Assembly (NCBI GenBank): GCA_011364965.1
Contig: RDOB01000007.1
Location: 62,335 to 126,334, forward strand
From: Candidatus Heimdallarchaeota archaeon
Lineage (GTDB): Archaea > Asgardarchaeota > Heimdallarchaeia > Hodarchaeales > Hodarchaeaceae
DNA: 64,000 bases
Reading direction: 5' to 3'
The position numbers and the translations under genes were made by a program. Below are positions 19,794 to 29,633 of the stretch, in pieces. The notes beneath the pieces were generated by a model, which was not told the origin of the DNA, searched no databases, and saw nothing but the letters and a program-made list of their open reading frames with translations. Position 1 is the stretch's first letter. Each line of letters starts with the position of its first letter.

Positions 19794-21044
19794 ATGAATT
19801 TAAGCGGAGTTCCTTACCCAATGGACGAAAAAAATTCCTCTAATCAACATGATGAACCCAATAAAGAACATCCTGTTGAAAAAAGGATTGATGACGACGA
19901 TCGTTTTGATGAAATGGAGGAATTCGCCCTAAAGGTTCGAGTTGAGCTTGAGGATGCGTTAACAGGACGGGATGACTATTTACATCTCCTAGAGGATGTT
20001 TATGACCTTTCTGACAAAATGCCTAAAAAATATCGGGATGAATTTCATCGTTTTCGTTTGTTGAGTGCGGAGAACACTGAAGAAATTCATATGATCTCCT
20101 GCTTTTTAAGCAGTGGAAAACCATTATTTGATTACTCTGTGTCAGAAAAAGTGGATCCTGAGAAATCTCATGGACTAATATTGAATGCGATTAAAAACTA
20201 TGTTCGTTATAAGCTAGGTGAATTGTTAGAAATTCTCACATTAGAAACATATTCAATTCACCTGTTTCTTGCAGAAAAAACATATATAATAAGCATTATT
20301 ACCTCCAAAAATCTCCCTCGAGATAAAATTGCCCCGCTTGCAATCCAAATGGCTCGAACATTGAAGTATTATCCTAATGAAACACCTTATACCAATAAAG
20401 AATTAAAAGGCGATTTGGATCGTGCAATTAGCGCAACAATTAGTACACTTGTCAAAGAACAACACACGCTAAAGATTATCTTAATTGGTGATGGAGCGGT
20501 TGGAAAAACTTCAATCAGACGTAGATATCTTGGCGAGGGGTTTAAAGATGATTACCAGATGACCATTGGAGCAGATTTAGCAGCAAAAGCTGCACCAACC
20601 ATTTATGCCGGCGGAAAACAAATCAAATATTTAATTTGGGATCTTGCGGGGCAACCTCGATTCAATCACGTCAGAAAAGCTTACTACATGTCTGCAGTTG
20701 GCGCCTTGGTTGTTTTTGATATAACTCGACCCGAAAGTTTTCAGAACATAGTAACCTGGATGAACGAACTATGGAGACATAACGGACGAGGTCCAGTACC
20801 ATTAGTTGTTTTGGGTAATAAAACGGATTTATGCGAACAAGGTCTCACCTGTGTGCCAGAGGAAAAAGCTTTTACGTTTATTAGGCGTTTATCAGATCTC
20901 TCACATAAATATAAGGGTTTCAAGATTCATTTTCTACCCACAAGCGCAAAGACTGGATTGAATATAGATAAAGCCTTTGAACTGCTTGGAGAAGCTATTA
21001 TGGACTTCTTAGGGTCAAGTAAAAACTCAAGAAAACAAATCTAA
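19794..21044 (+). CDS. Rab-like small GTPase fused to an N-terminal longin/roadblock-like domain
   Basis: C-terminal GDGAVGKT, TIGAD, WDLAGQ, GNKTD, TSAK; middle region SSGKPLF...TYSIHLF...IISIIT has a profilin/longin-like pattern. Confidence 0.85.
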   Translation: MNLSGVPYPMDEKNSSNQHDEPNKEHPVEKRIDDDDRFDEMEEFALKVRVELEDALTGRDDYLHLLEDVYDLSDKMPKKYRDEFHRFRLLSAENTEEIHMISCFLSSGKPLFDYSVSEKVDPEKSHGLILNAIKNYVRYKLGELLEILTLETYSIHLFLAEKTYIISIITSKNLPRDKIAPLAIQMARTLKYYPNETPYTNKELKGDLDRAISATISTLVKEQHTLKIILIGDGAVGKTSIRRRYLGEGFKDDYQMTIGADLAAKAAPTIYAGGKQIKYLIWDLAGQPRFNHVRKAYYMSAVGALVVFDITRPESFQNIVTWMNELWRHNGRGPVPLVVLGNKTDLCEQGLTCVPEEKAFTFIRRLSDLSHKYKGFKIHFLPTSAKTGLNIDKAFELLGEAIMDFLGSSKNSRKQI

Positions 21045-21133
21045 TAATCAGATTGATACAGTCCTTCCTTATTCTGAGGCTTTATTAAGTGAAATTGGGA
21101 AGTTTTCCTCAGATAGAATAATCACGTTAATAT

Positions 21134-21922
21134 ATGTATTCACAAAAAATACTATGTGAATCCGAACATTGGTGCAAAAAAATGGATCGAGATTTTATTT
21201 TAGCCCGAGAAGCACAACTAGTCTACTCTAATTCTGCTGCTTCTGGCTTTAACCCTGTAGGAGACTCATTAGAAAAATGGCAAGGAACATTAACTTATAC
21301 AACGAATCGTGGGCGTAATATGTTCACATTTGAGATATTCTTACCTGAATATTTTCCTAATGTTCCTCCTGTTGCTACTGCTATTGGATTTATGGATCAT
21401 CCCAACATAGATAATGATGGATTTGTGCAATTACGGATTCTAGATAATTGGAGAGCGGAGTTTCATCTTTATCAGGTAATTATTGCCTTAAAAAACCTCA
21501 TGTCTAGAGTTCCTCCAACTCCGAGAGGTCAAACTGCCAAAACAGCAAGAGATGTTGTCTCAAGAATTACCCAAGCTCCTCCACAGCAGGAACCAGTACA
21601 AGCACGAAGTGAAGCAGAAAGTACGGCTCTTCGAATGGAACTTACTGCTATAAATCAGCAACTTAGAGAAAAAGAAGAAGAGATTGCCAGATTACGTGCG
21701 CGACAAGTAATTCATTCCGAACCTTCTTCTACTAGTCGTCCCCACCTTTCTGCTGTCGAAGAGCTTGAATCTGAAAAAATTGCAACCTCAGATCTACTAG
21801 CTGCACTAGAAGATCGTTATGCTAGCGGAGAAATTTCAATTTTTGAATATTCTAGATTGTATAAAAAATATTCCAAAGAATTATACGTATTGAAAAAAGA
21901 ACTTGAGTATCTTGGAAGGTAA
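21134..21922 (+). CDS. vps23: ESCRT-I Vps23/TSG101-like (UEV, coiled coil, steadiness box)
   Basis: FPNVPP...HPNIDNDGFVQL (UBC fold without catalytic Cys), Pro/Gln linker, coiled coil, GEISIFEY helical hairpin. Confidence 0.85.
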   Translation: MYSQKILCESEHWCKKMDRDFILAREAQLVYSNSAASGFNPVGDSLEKWQGTLTYTTNRGRNMFTFEIFLPEYFPNVPPVATAIGFMDHPNIDNDGFVQLRILDNWRAEFHLYQVIIALKNLMSRVPPTPRGQTAKTARDVVSRITQAPPQQEPVQARSEAESTALRMELTAINQQLREKEEEIARLRARQVIHSEPSSTSRPHLSAVEELESEKIATSDLLAALEDRYASGEISIFEYSRLYKKYSKELYVLKKELEYLGR

Positions 21923-21928
21923 TATTCA

Positions 21929-22549
21929 ATGAGTTTCCCAGAAAATCTGTCAAAACAATGGACCCTCGAAGGACAGCTCTATGCCTGCATAGGTACATTA
22001 GATTTACTTTCACGTACTTTTGAAAAAGGAGAACTCGACCCGAATATTTTTCATAAACAGCATAAAAACTTACTTACGAGTATTGTTGCCACTCGTTCAG
22101 CTTTATCTGAATATCATTTTGATCTTGACGATTTTATAGAAAAAGAGAATCTACAGCAGCTTTATCCCCTTGGATTAGAAAAATTACGGAAAACTGAAGG
22201 AACCGATGATAATAGTAGAAATCAAATTGATTATTCGCAAATCAAACGCTTACCTGCATTTGCAGCAGAATTTGTAGCAAATGCGATAGAATTGCTTGAT
22301 TTACTGAAACTTGAAGCAATTGCCACAGTAGATCGCATTCTTCCATATCTTGATGAATTATTTGCCATTTTATCTCAAATATCAGTATATGGAAACTCAC
22401 ATTGGGTAAGTCAAGATATTAATCAATGGATTGAGTGGATGGATAGAAAAAAACCTGGTATTTTACTTAAGGAAGATGATCTGAAAAAACTTGAACTTCA
22501 AGTTGCAAGATGGCTCTCTGATTTCAGACGTGAATTAAATAATCTTTAA
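21929..22549 (+). CDS. vps28: ESCRT-I Vps28-like protein
   Basis: LYACIGTLDLL...GELD N-terminal hairpin; AEFVANAIELLDLLKL...ILPYLDEL four-helix CTD; follows vps23. Confidence 0.85.
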   Translation: MSFPENLSKQWTLEGQLYACIGTLDLLSRTFEKGELDPNIFHKQHKNLLTSIVATRSALSEYHFDLDDFIEKENLQQLYPLGLEKLRKTEGTDDNSRNQIDYSQIKRLPAFAAEFVANAIELLDLLKLEAIATVDRILPYLDELFAILSQISVYGNSHWVSQDINQWIEWMDRKKPGILLKEDDLKKLELQVARWLSDFRRELNNL

Positions 22550-22565
22550 CTCTCCTCTTTTTCCC

Positions 22566-24020
22566 CTAATTAAGTAAGTTTGTTTTTCCAGTTCTAATAA
22601 GAAGTTCAGTAATTGCCTCATTAATTTTAGCTAATTCTAATTCAAATTCTTTGATGAGCTCAAAATAATCTCGACTAGCAACTTTCTTCCGTCCTTCTTT
22701 TAGCTCTTGAAGTGCTCTTTCGTTCGCCAGTTTTCGAATTCTTAGGTCTCGGAGTCTATCATCAAGAACCCCAGTTACAAAATCTGGTTCTTCTTTCATC
22801 TGTGAGCTGGAATCCTTCTTACTCTTCCCATCATTCATTTCTGATTGGAAATTAATAGCGGAGAGAATTTTTTCTTGAAAAATTTCGGAAGACCAATCTC
22901 GGAATGGTTCATGTACATAAATATCACTCGGACGACCATAATAGGCTAATTGAAGAGCATCAAAAATCCGCATGAGGGTTTTATGGTCAGATCTAAGTTC
23001 ATAATCATGTTTAATCGTAGTGATTTGTAAAGTATCCCTTTTAATGAATCCTGAGGTAGCTTTCTTTTGAACATCGATCAGATCTTCAGGGGGAAATTCA
23101 TCGTATATCACGGCTTTTTGTCCAACAATATTCGTTCTTTTCTTTTGAAACATAACAATACGATCTGTTGTAATTGATAGATCAATGGGTGTTTTTCTAA
23201 TGCGACCATTATGCAATTCAATCCCTGAAAAGAATCCTATACCCAATTCACCTGGAATGAAGAAAAAAATGTCGAAGTAACGGCCTAATTCTTTAGCCAT
23301 CTGGTCAAATTCATCACATTTTGTTTCAAGAAGGTTAATCATTTCATGAATAGGTTCCAGTTTATTCAAAACGGTCTGATCAAAGCTAGTGACCTGTTTT
23401 TGGAATAATGAAATTTGAAGTGACAGATTTCGATGATCAGTGAAGGCCTCCTCCAGTCCCATAACACTTCGGTATAATCGTTTAAGCTTAGCTGCGAATT
23501 CTAGGAACTCAGTTAGAACAAAGCTTTCAATTTTTTTGGTCTCAAGAAATATCTGATCAATTTCATTTCTTGGATTTAGGAATTGTTTCTTGTATTCCTT
23601 TAATCGTGTATCAAGATGCCCTGTCCGTTTAAGTGCAAGAACTGGCCGATATCCAACCTGTTTCAATGATTTTTTTAATTCAAAAATAACTTCCACAGCT
23701 TCAGCTTTCGGTCCATTTTCTATTGGAGAAGGTTCTATTTCACTAGAACCACATGGACATTTAAGTCCCCTGCCATTAATTTCTAAATGGGACGCACATT
23801 TCTGACAGAAGGAAGCTCCGCATCGTACGCACTTCTGGGAATCAGATTGACGAATCATAGAACCGCAAAAAGAGCAGTAAAGAGATATAATTTCAGTGAC
23901 CAATCTCATCATCACGTGAGTCCCAGTATGAATAATCCTAACTTTGTTATTTTTAAGCATACAAATTCTTGTCATGATATGACGAGATACAAATTGGATG
24001 AGTAATGTCAGAATTAACAA
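22566..24020 (-). CDS. FYVE-like Zn finger / coiled coil / PH-like / steadiness-box-like protein (start probably downstream of the called one)
   Basis: CxxC-x11-CxxC-x4-CxxC-x12-CxC; LSITTDRIVMF PH/GRAM-like region; C-terminal hairpin resembling that of the neighbouring Vps23. Confidence 0.6.
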   Translation of the reverse strand: MLILTLLIQFVSRHIMTRICMLKNNKVRIIHTGTHVMMRLVTEIISLYCSFCGSMIRQSDSQKCVRCGASFCQKCASHLEINGRGLKCPCGSSEIEPSPIENGPKAEAVEVIFELKKSLKQVGYRPVLALKRTGHLDTRLKEYKKQFLNPRNEIDQIFLETKKIESFVLTEFLEFAAKLKRLYRSVMGLEEAFTDHRNLSLQISLFQKQVTSFDQTVLNKLEPIHEMINLLETKCDEFDQMAKELGRYFDIFFFIPGELGIGFFSGIELHNGRIRKTPIDLSITTDRIVMFQKKRTNIVGQKAVIYDEFPPEDLIDVQKKATSGFIKRDTLQITTIKHDYELRSDHKTLMRIFDALQLAYYGRPSDIYVHEPFRDWSSEIFQEKILSAINFQSEMNDGKSKKDSSSQMKEEPDFVTGVLDDRLRDLRIRKLANERALQELKEGRKKVASRDYFELIKEFELELAKINEAITELLIRTGKTNLLN

Positions 24021-24186
24021 AAGCTCTATAAAATTAAATGAATTACAGGAAAGCTCCCTTAAGATGGTTATTTGACTCCAAATTAGAATGAGAACTGATA
24101 TTAGGTATCGAATTCTAAAGGATTATAAATTCAATCGAATATACTTCGTTTGAGATTTATCTCTATTCAATAGGATAGCTTGTAAT

Positions 24187-24903
24187 ATGGGATTACGGAA
24201 TATTGAAGACAAACTCAGTCGAGAGGCCGAGATGAAACGAAAAGGAGCAGAATTGGCAATTAAATCCCTAGAAGAGATGAGTAAAAAGGTTCAAAACCTC
24301 CATAGAGATTTAGAAAAATTAGAAAATAAATTTGAGGCTGATTTTAAAAAGAATCCAGAACTAGCTCAACATCTTATGTCTATTAGGGAAGAGCTGGGAT
24401 TACCTCTATCCATCGGACTCTATGAAGTTGGGCCCAAACCTAGTTTTAAAGATCGGCTGACAGGGAAGGATGAGTTCCATAATTATCTAGCTCTTCGTAT
24501 TCTGGAAATAGGTAATAAGCTTAGAACGAAAACTGGAGGAATTGTTAGCGCTTCAGAGTTAATTTTGCGAATAAATGAAGAAAATAAGGGAATAACAATA
24601 GGAATTTCGGATCTCATGAAATCCCTAGACCTTTTGAAGCAAAATGGAATGATCCATTCTATTCGTGAATATTCAGGATTAAGAGTAATTGAATTTATAG
24701 ATCCGAATCTTTCAGATGATCACCATAAATTATTAGAAATCGGTGCTCGCTTCCGTGGAGAAATAAGTTTAACTGATTTGATAAGAGAATCAGGGTGGTC
24801 TCTAGAGCGAATAAACCAATCCATCAATAGTTTAATAAACCAGAAAATCGCTGTGAAGTCGGAAACCCTTGATGGAATTATTATTTCATTCCCTGGCCTT
24901 TAA
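24187..24903 (+). CDS. vps22: ESCRT-II Vps22/EAP30-like protein
   Basis: N-terminal coiled coil, FHNYLALRILEI...TGGIV, tandem winged helices (GWSLER). Confidence 0.85.
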   Translation: MGLRNIEDKLSREAEMKRKGAELAIKSLEEMSKKVQNLHRDLEKLENKFEADFKKNPELAQHLMSIREELGLPLSIGLYEVGPKPSFKDRLTGKDEFHNYLALRILEIGNKLRTKTGGIVSASELILRINEENKGITIGISDLMKSLDLLKQNGMIHSIREYSGLRVIEFIDPNLSDDHHKLLEIGARFRGEISLTDLIRESGWSLERINQSINSLINQKIAVKSETLDGIIISFPGL

Positions 24904-25158
24904 GTTATCTGTTTTTCACATTCAATACCTGTTCCAATTTTTTCTTCCTGATTCTTTTCATTCAATTCTGGAAACAACGGAGTTATGTTAAGTAAGGCGT
25001 TCAAATATGCTACTTATGGGAAGTTTTAATAAGAGCAAAGCTGAGTATAACTTGAAGAGCTACTTAAAACTTAAAATCAATATGATTACCAATAAATAAA
25101 ATCAAAAGTTTTGTTACCAAAAGTAATAAAAAACCAAGAATAGTGAGATGAATAAATC

Positions 25159-25821
25159 GTGAAACGATTCAAAGGCTTCCTTACTGGAAAAAAACCAAGT
25201 TCGTCCACAGAAACGAAAGCTAAATTAAAACGGACAATTAATCAGATGGAAGTGAAAATTAAAAATTATAATCGCCAAGCAGATGAACAATACGAGCTAG
25301 CACGCAATCTCTTGAAATCGGGGAATAAAACAGGAGCACAACAGGCATTAAAACGACGAGAGTTATATCTAACGCAAATTACAAATACACATGCTAAAAT
25401 TGCTAATCTTCAGCGTACTATAGATACTTTAGATGTATCTGCAGACAATGTGTCGTTAACACAAACTCTTGGGGAAGCTCAAGTTGCAATTGATCAAAAT
25501 ATAGCTTCAGCATCCCCCGAAAAAACTGAAGAAATCATGATGGCTTTGGAGGATTCAATAGAACAAGTTTCAGATATGGAGGAAGCATTAACAGACACTA
25601 CAATCACCGAGATAGGGATGGATGTGGAAGTTGATGATCGGATTTCTGCCCAAATGGCAGAATTAGAAGCTGAAATTGCTTCAGGCTCTCTTCCAAGTAC
25701 TGGTGTGAGAACATCAGAACCCCCCATTCCAGTAAGTTCTGATACACCGGAAAAGAGGGAAGCTGAGAAGAAAAAGATAGATGAGATGCGGAAACAGATT
25801 GAAGAAGGGTTGAGATCTTAA
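25159..25821 (+). CDS. ESCRT-III subunit, Vps20/32/60 (Snf7) class
   Basis: GNKTGAQQALKRR, basic N-half and acidic C-half, LPS...PPIP MIM2-like segment. Confidence 0.85.
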   Translation: MKRFKGFLTGKKPSSSTETKAKLKRTINQMEVKIKNYNRQADEQYELARNLLKSGNKTGAQQALKRRELYLTQITNTHAKIANLQRTIDTLDVSADNVSLTQTLGEAQVAIDQNIASASPEKTEEIMMALEDSIEQVSDMEEALTDTTITEIGMDVEVDDRISAQMAELEAEIASGSLPSTGVRTSEPPIPVSSDTPEKREAEKKKIDEMRKQIEEGLRS

Positions 25822-25823
25822 AA

Positions 25824-26435
25824 ATGGTATTTGATAAATTCGGAAATTGGTTGAAAGGAGGAAGTAACAGCCAGAACACTCGGAAATGGATTGTTCGTCT
25901 ACGTATGGTCGAGAAACGTATGGTCAGGCAGCGAAACAAGCTGATAAAAGAAGAAAGACAAATGTTAAAAGAAGTTGAGCATGCTATCGAACAAGGTGAT
26001 ATGTCTACAGCTCGTTTATTAGCTCGTGATGTCGCTAAAAATCGATCCATGGCCCGAGGTTGTCAACAAATGGCCAGTCGTGTGAAAGCAATCAAATTTA
26101 AACTTGAACAAGCTGCAGCAACCCAAGCCATTGGGAAAGATCTGAAAGGACTCGTCCGTACTCTACACACTATGAATGCTCAGTTGAAAATACCCCAACT
26201 TGAAGGTGTTCTACAACAAATGGAAATCGAAACTGAACGTATTGACATTGCCACAGAGGCTATGGATGAAGGTTTCGAGATGATGACTACAAGTGAAGAA
26301 GAGGATGAAGTGGTGGATAAGATAATAGGAGAATTGAGTGCTTCTAAAGCAGCAACAGCTGATTTCGGGCTACCTTCCCCTGATATCCGCTCTCAAGAGC
26401 TCCAAAAAGAACTTGAAAAGATAAAAAAGGGATAA
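25824..26435 (+). CDS. ESCRT-III subunit, Vps2/24/46 class
   Basis: GDMSTARLLARDV, EEEDEVVDKIIGE, C-terminal ELQKELEKIK MIM1-like helix. Confidence 0.88.
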   Translation: MVFDKFGNWLKGGSNSQNTRKWIVRLRMVEKRMVRQRNKLIKEERQMLKEVEHAIEQGDMSTARLLARDVAKNRSMARGCQQMASRVKAIKFKLEQAAATQAIGKDLKGLVRTLHTMNAQLKIPQLEGVLQQMEIETERIDIATEAMDEGFEMMTTSEEEDEVVDKIIGELSASKAATADFGLPSPDIRSQELQKELEKIKKG

Positions 26436-26505
26436 ATTCCTCCCCTCTCTTTTCCTTTCAGAATTTCACCTTAATCTCTAAAAAAAATTTATTAGTGGAT
26501 GAATT

Positions 26506-27651
26506 ATGAGTTCCCCTTTATTCGAAGCAGCAAAGAAGAATGCAGAAAGAGCATATCAGCTCGATCAAAGTGGCCAGAGTCATCAAGCAGTTAGATATTA
26601 TGTTAATGCCGCAGAACAGCTTCAACAGCTAATTAATTTTACTGATGATCCTAATATGAAGAATTTATACTTTCAGAAAGCAATGGAGTATATTTTAAGG
26701 GTAAAAGAAATACGTGGAATTATTGAACCCTCTGAAAACAAACCTAGATCTTCTAGGGCTCCTCCCGAAGAATCAGATGAGATTTCAGATGCTATTTCGA
26801 GTGTAATTGTAAGAGAAAAACCCAATGTGAGGTGGGAAGATGTTGCAGGAATGGAAGAAGCAAAACGTGCCCTTAGGGAAGCAATAATCTTACCAATGAC
26901 ACGTCCTGATTTGTTTAAGGGTTCACGTAAACCTTGGAAGGGTGTATTAATGTTTGGACCACCAGGTTGTGGAAAAACCTATTTGTGCAAGGCCGTTGCA
27001 TCAGAAGTAGAATCAACCTTTTTTTCTGTCAGTGCAGCGAATCTTATTAGTAAATGGTTAGGAGAATCAGAAAAACTCGTGAATGAGTTATACGAACGAG
27101 CAGTTGAAGAAGCTCCTTCAATTATATTTTTCGATGAAATCGATGCGTTAGCAAGTGCAAGGGGAGGAGCATCGGAAAATGAAGCAATGCGACGGGTTAA
27201 AACTCAATTATTGCAAGCTGTAGAAGGTTTTGCAACAGGTGATGAGTTACTAGTCACAGTTGGAGCCACTAATACACCATGGGATATTGATGCGGCAATG
27301 AGACGCAGATTTGAAAGAAGAGTTTACATTACATTACCCACTTCAGAAGCTCGAGAAAAAATGTTTCAGATTCATACACGAGGAGTCGATCTAGCCTCTG
27401 GTGTGAATTTTTCTGAGCTATCTTCCTATACTGCTGGATATACAGCTGCAGATATAGCGTTATTATGTCGCGAGGCTTTGATGCGCCCGATTCGAGAACT
27501 AGATGCCGAAGGTGCACTCAAAGATTTGAGTGTGCAACCCCGGGCACCAGATATTGACGATTTTCTTCAAGGAATGGAGCACATTAAACCCTCCGTCTCA
27601 CCTAAAGAGTTAGCAAGATATGAAGATTGGAGAGACCAGTTTGGAGGATAG
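26506..27651 (+). CDS. vps4: Vps4 AAA ATPase with MIT domain
   Basis: N-terminal MIT, EKPNVRWEDVAG, GPPGCGKT, SKWLGESEK, FFDEID, RRRFERR. Confidence 0.95.
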   Translation: MSSPLFEAAKKNAERAYQLDQSGQSHQAVRYYVNAAEQLQQLINFTDDPNMKNLYFQKAMEYILRVKEIRGIIEPSENKPRSSRAPPEESDEISDAISSVIVREKPNVRWEDVAGMEEAKRALREAIILPMTRPDLFKGSRKPWKGVLMFGPPGCGKTYLCKAVASEVESTFFSVSAANLISKWLGESEKLVNELYERAVEEAPSIIFFDEIDALASARGGASENEAMRRVKTQLLQAVEGFATGDELLVTVGATNTPWDIDAAMRRRFERRVYITLPTSEAREKMFQIHTRGVDLASGVNFSELSSYTAGYTAADIALLCREALMRPIRELDAEGALKDLSVQPRAPDIDDFLQGMEHIKPSVSPKELARYEDWRDQFGG

Positions 27652-27683
27652 GCCTTTTTTTGGATTTCTAGGAGTACAAGTAA

Positions 27684-28463
27684 ATGGCTGAAGTCCAACG
27701 TGAAAGAAAAAAGAAAAAAACCAAGGAAAAAACATCAGAAACAGTCGATACTCTTGCAGCAATATTGGATGAGGTCACAAAACCCGAGGAACCTAAATTT
27801 GAGCCAGATTTAACAAAAATCCAGCAAAAAATAATCCATTCATCCCAATCTAGCCAAAATAAACAGATTTCTCTCCCAGAAATTTCTATTCAAGTTTCTT
27901 CTGAAAAAGAGGAAATGGAATCTCAACTTGTCCCTGGAAAGGTTGATGTTCGAATAAAACCTATACTTCCCTCATGGGTACAAAAACCTTGGAGATGGAT
28001 GGTACCTGAAGAACCTAATTTGAAACAGCAGTGGCTTTTAACTTGGGGGGAATTTATTTTAGACTTTTCGCGAGTCCTCAATCTCCATATAATTGATTTA
28101 CAGGAGATCAGCCTTGTATATCCATTCCAAAATCAGATTCTGAATAAAAAACTTACGCTTCCCCAGTTGATAATGATTTCTGATCATTTAATCGAAATTG
28201 AGAAAGCAAAATGGTGGGATTCGGAAAAAACCCGTCTTCGTGTCTATTGGAAGACCTTAAATTCATTTGCAGATGATTTATTTGAATTCGCGTTTCAGAA
28301 TGGTTATGATATGGTAACTGCCTATGATATAGTCAAGATGAATCAATCGTGGTCAGATTTGCCTCCTTCTGATGTACGGGTACTTATGCGATTATTAGTT
28401 GAGTTGAAACGTGCCTCTTGGGCCGACTCAGATAAGAAAACCATTCAATTTCATTATGAGTAA
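27684..28463 (+). CDS. vps25: ESCRT-II Vps25-like protein with low-complexity N-terminal extension
   Basis: QQWLLTWGEFIL, PFQNQILNKKL, KAKW...RVYWKT tandem wH pattern. Confidence 0.82.
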   Translation: MAEVQRERKKKKTKEKTSETVDTLAAILDEVTKPEEPKFEPDLTKIQQKIIHSSQSSQNKQISLPEISIQVSSEKEEMESQLVPGKVDVRIKPILPSWVQKPWRWMVPEEPNLKQQWLLTWGEFILDFSRVLNLHIIDLQEISLVYPFQNQILNKKLTLPQLIMISDHLIEIEKAKWWDSEKTRLRVYWKTLNSFADDLFEFAFQNGYDMVTAYDIVKMNQSWSDLPPSDVRVLMRLLVELKRASWADSDKKTIQFHYE

Positions 28464-28622
28464 TTTTTACTTCTATCTATGAATAGATTTTTTTTCTATT
28501 TTACATTTTACTTCTGTTTATTCTGAAAGGGGACAAACTCCAAAACTTCTTAACTCTTTTTTTTGTTGGATTCTATGAGAATATAAGAGTGATAAGCTGG
28601 AACTCTGAGGAATTACTATCAA

Positions 28623-29279
28623 ATGTTAAACCCTGATGATGAAGGGGAGCTATTGGCCCCCTTAGAGGATTATTTGAAGGCAGGCGTTCATATTGGTACA
28701 TCTTCTGGGATGAAAAGTATGGACTGGGCAATTTATCGAACCAGGAGTGATGGGTTGTATGTTCTTGATGTTCATAAAACAGATGAACGCATCCGAGTAG
28801 CAGCAAAGTTCCTTGCTAGACAACAGGATATGAAAAGAGTCGTTGTATGCAGTGTACGTGCTTATGGGATATATCCTGTAGAAATGTTTGCGAAGGTTTC
28901 AGGTGCACAATCAATTACTGGCAGATTCATTCCTGGAATATTTACGAATCCTAGTATAAAAGGCAGAAATGATTATTTGGAACCAACAGCAGTTCTAATC
29001 ACAGATCCTCACTTTGATCGTCAAGCATTGAAAGAGGCGTCACGTGTGGGAATCCCTGTGATCTCTCTTGTAGATACAGATAACGTGATTCGGTATGTTG
29101 ATCTCGCGATTCCCTGTAACAATAAAGGCCGAAATTCTCTAGCAATGATATTCTGGTTGTTAACTAAGGAAATCCTACGAGAAAAAGGTGAATTAACACC
29201 AGAAAAAGACGCACAGCTTCGAATTGAGCTTTTCCGTGCACCTAGAGGACGCAGACCCCTTCAAGTGGGCGATATCTAA
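28623..29279 (+). CDS. rps2: 30S ribosomal protein uS2
   Basis: YLKAGVHIG, GRFIPGIFTNP, DLAIPCNNKG. Confidence 0.97.
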   Translation: MLNPDDEGELLAPLEDYLKAGVHIGTSSGMKSMDWAIYRTRSDGLYVLDVHKTDERIRVAAKFLARQQDMKRVVVCSVRAYGIYPVEMFAKVSGAQSITGRFIPGIFTNPSIKGRNDYLEPTAVLITDPHFDRQALKEASRVGIPVISLVDTDNVIRYVDLAIPCNNKGRNSLAMIFWLLTKEILREKGELTPEKDAQLRIELFRAPRGRRPLQVGDI

Positions 29280-29302
29280 ATTTAATGAGGTGAAATCACA
29301 CC

Positions 29303-29506
29303 ATGATGATTCCAATTCGCTGTTACACATGTGGGAAAGTCATTGCTCAATATTATGACGATTATATCAACGGTTTAAAAGAAGGGAAATCCGCTCAAGA
29401 ACTTCTGGATGAATTTGGCCTAGAAAGGTATTGTTGTCGTCGAATGCTAATAACACATGTAGAATTAATAGATGATATTCTTACATTCTCTAATCCGACC
29501 CGATAA
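29303..29506 (+). CDS. rpoN: RNA polymerase subunit N (Rpo10)
   Basis: IPIRCYTCGK...RYCCRRML. Confidence 0.97.
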   Translation: MMIPIRCYTCGKVIAQYYDDYINGLKEGKSAQELLDEFGLERYCCRRMLITHVELIDDILTFSNPTR

Positions 29507-29633
29507 GTTGTTACTCTCCACCTGCTGCTAAGCTAGGGAAGTAATTTATTTACCAATTTATTTTCGAGTTTATTTACTAATTTCATATAGTATTGGTTGA
29601 CAAGAAAAGGATAATCCCCGTTAAGGTGTCTTA

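Noticed and set aside
21134-21922. Calling this ORF an active E2 enzyme
   Set aside because: The catalytic Cys position reads GFVQL; the coiled coil, steadiness box and adjacent vps28 indicate UEV-Vps23
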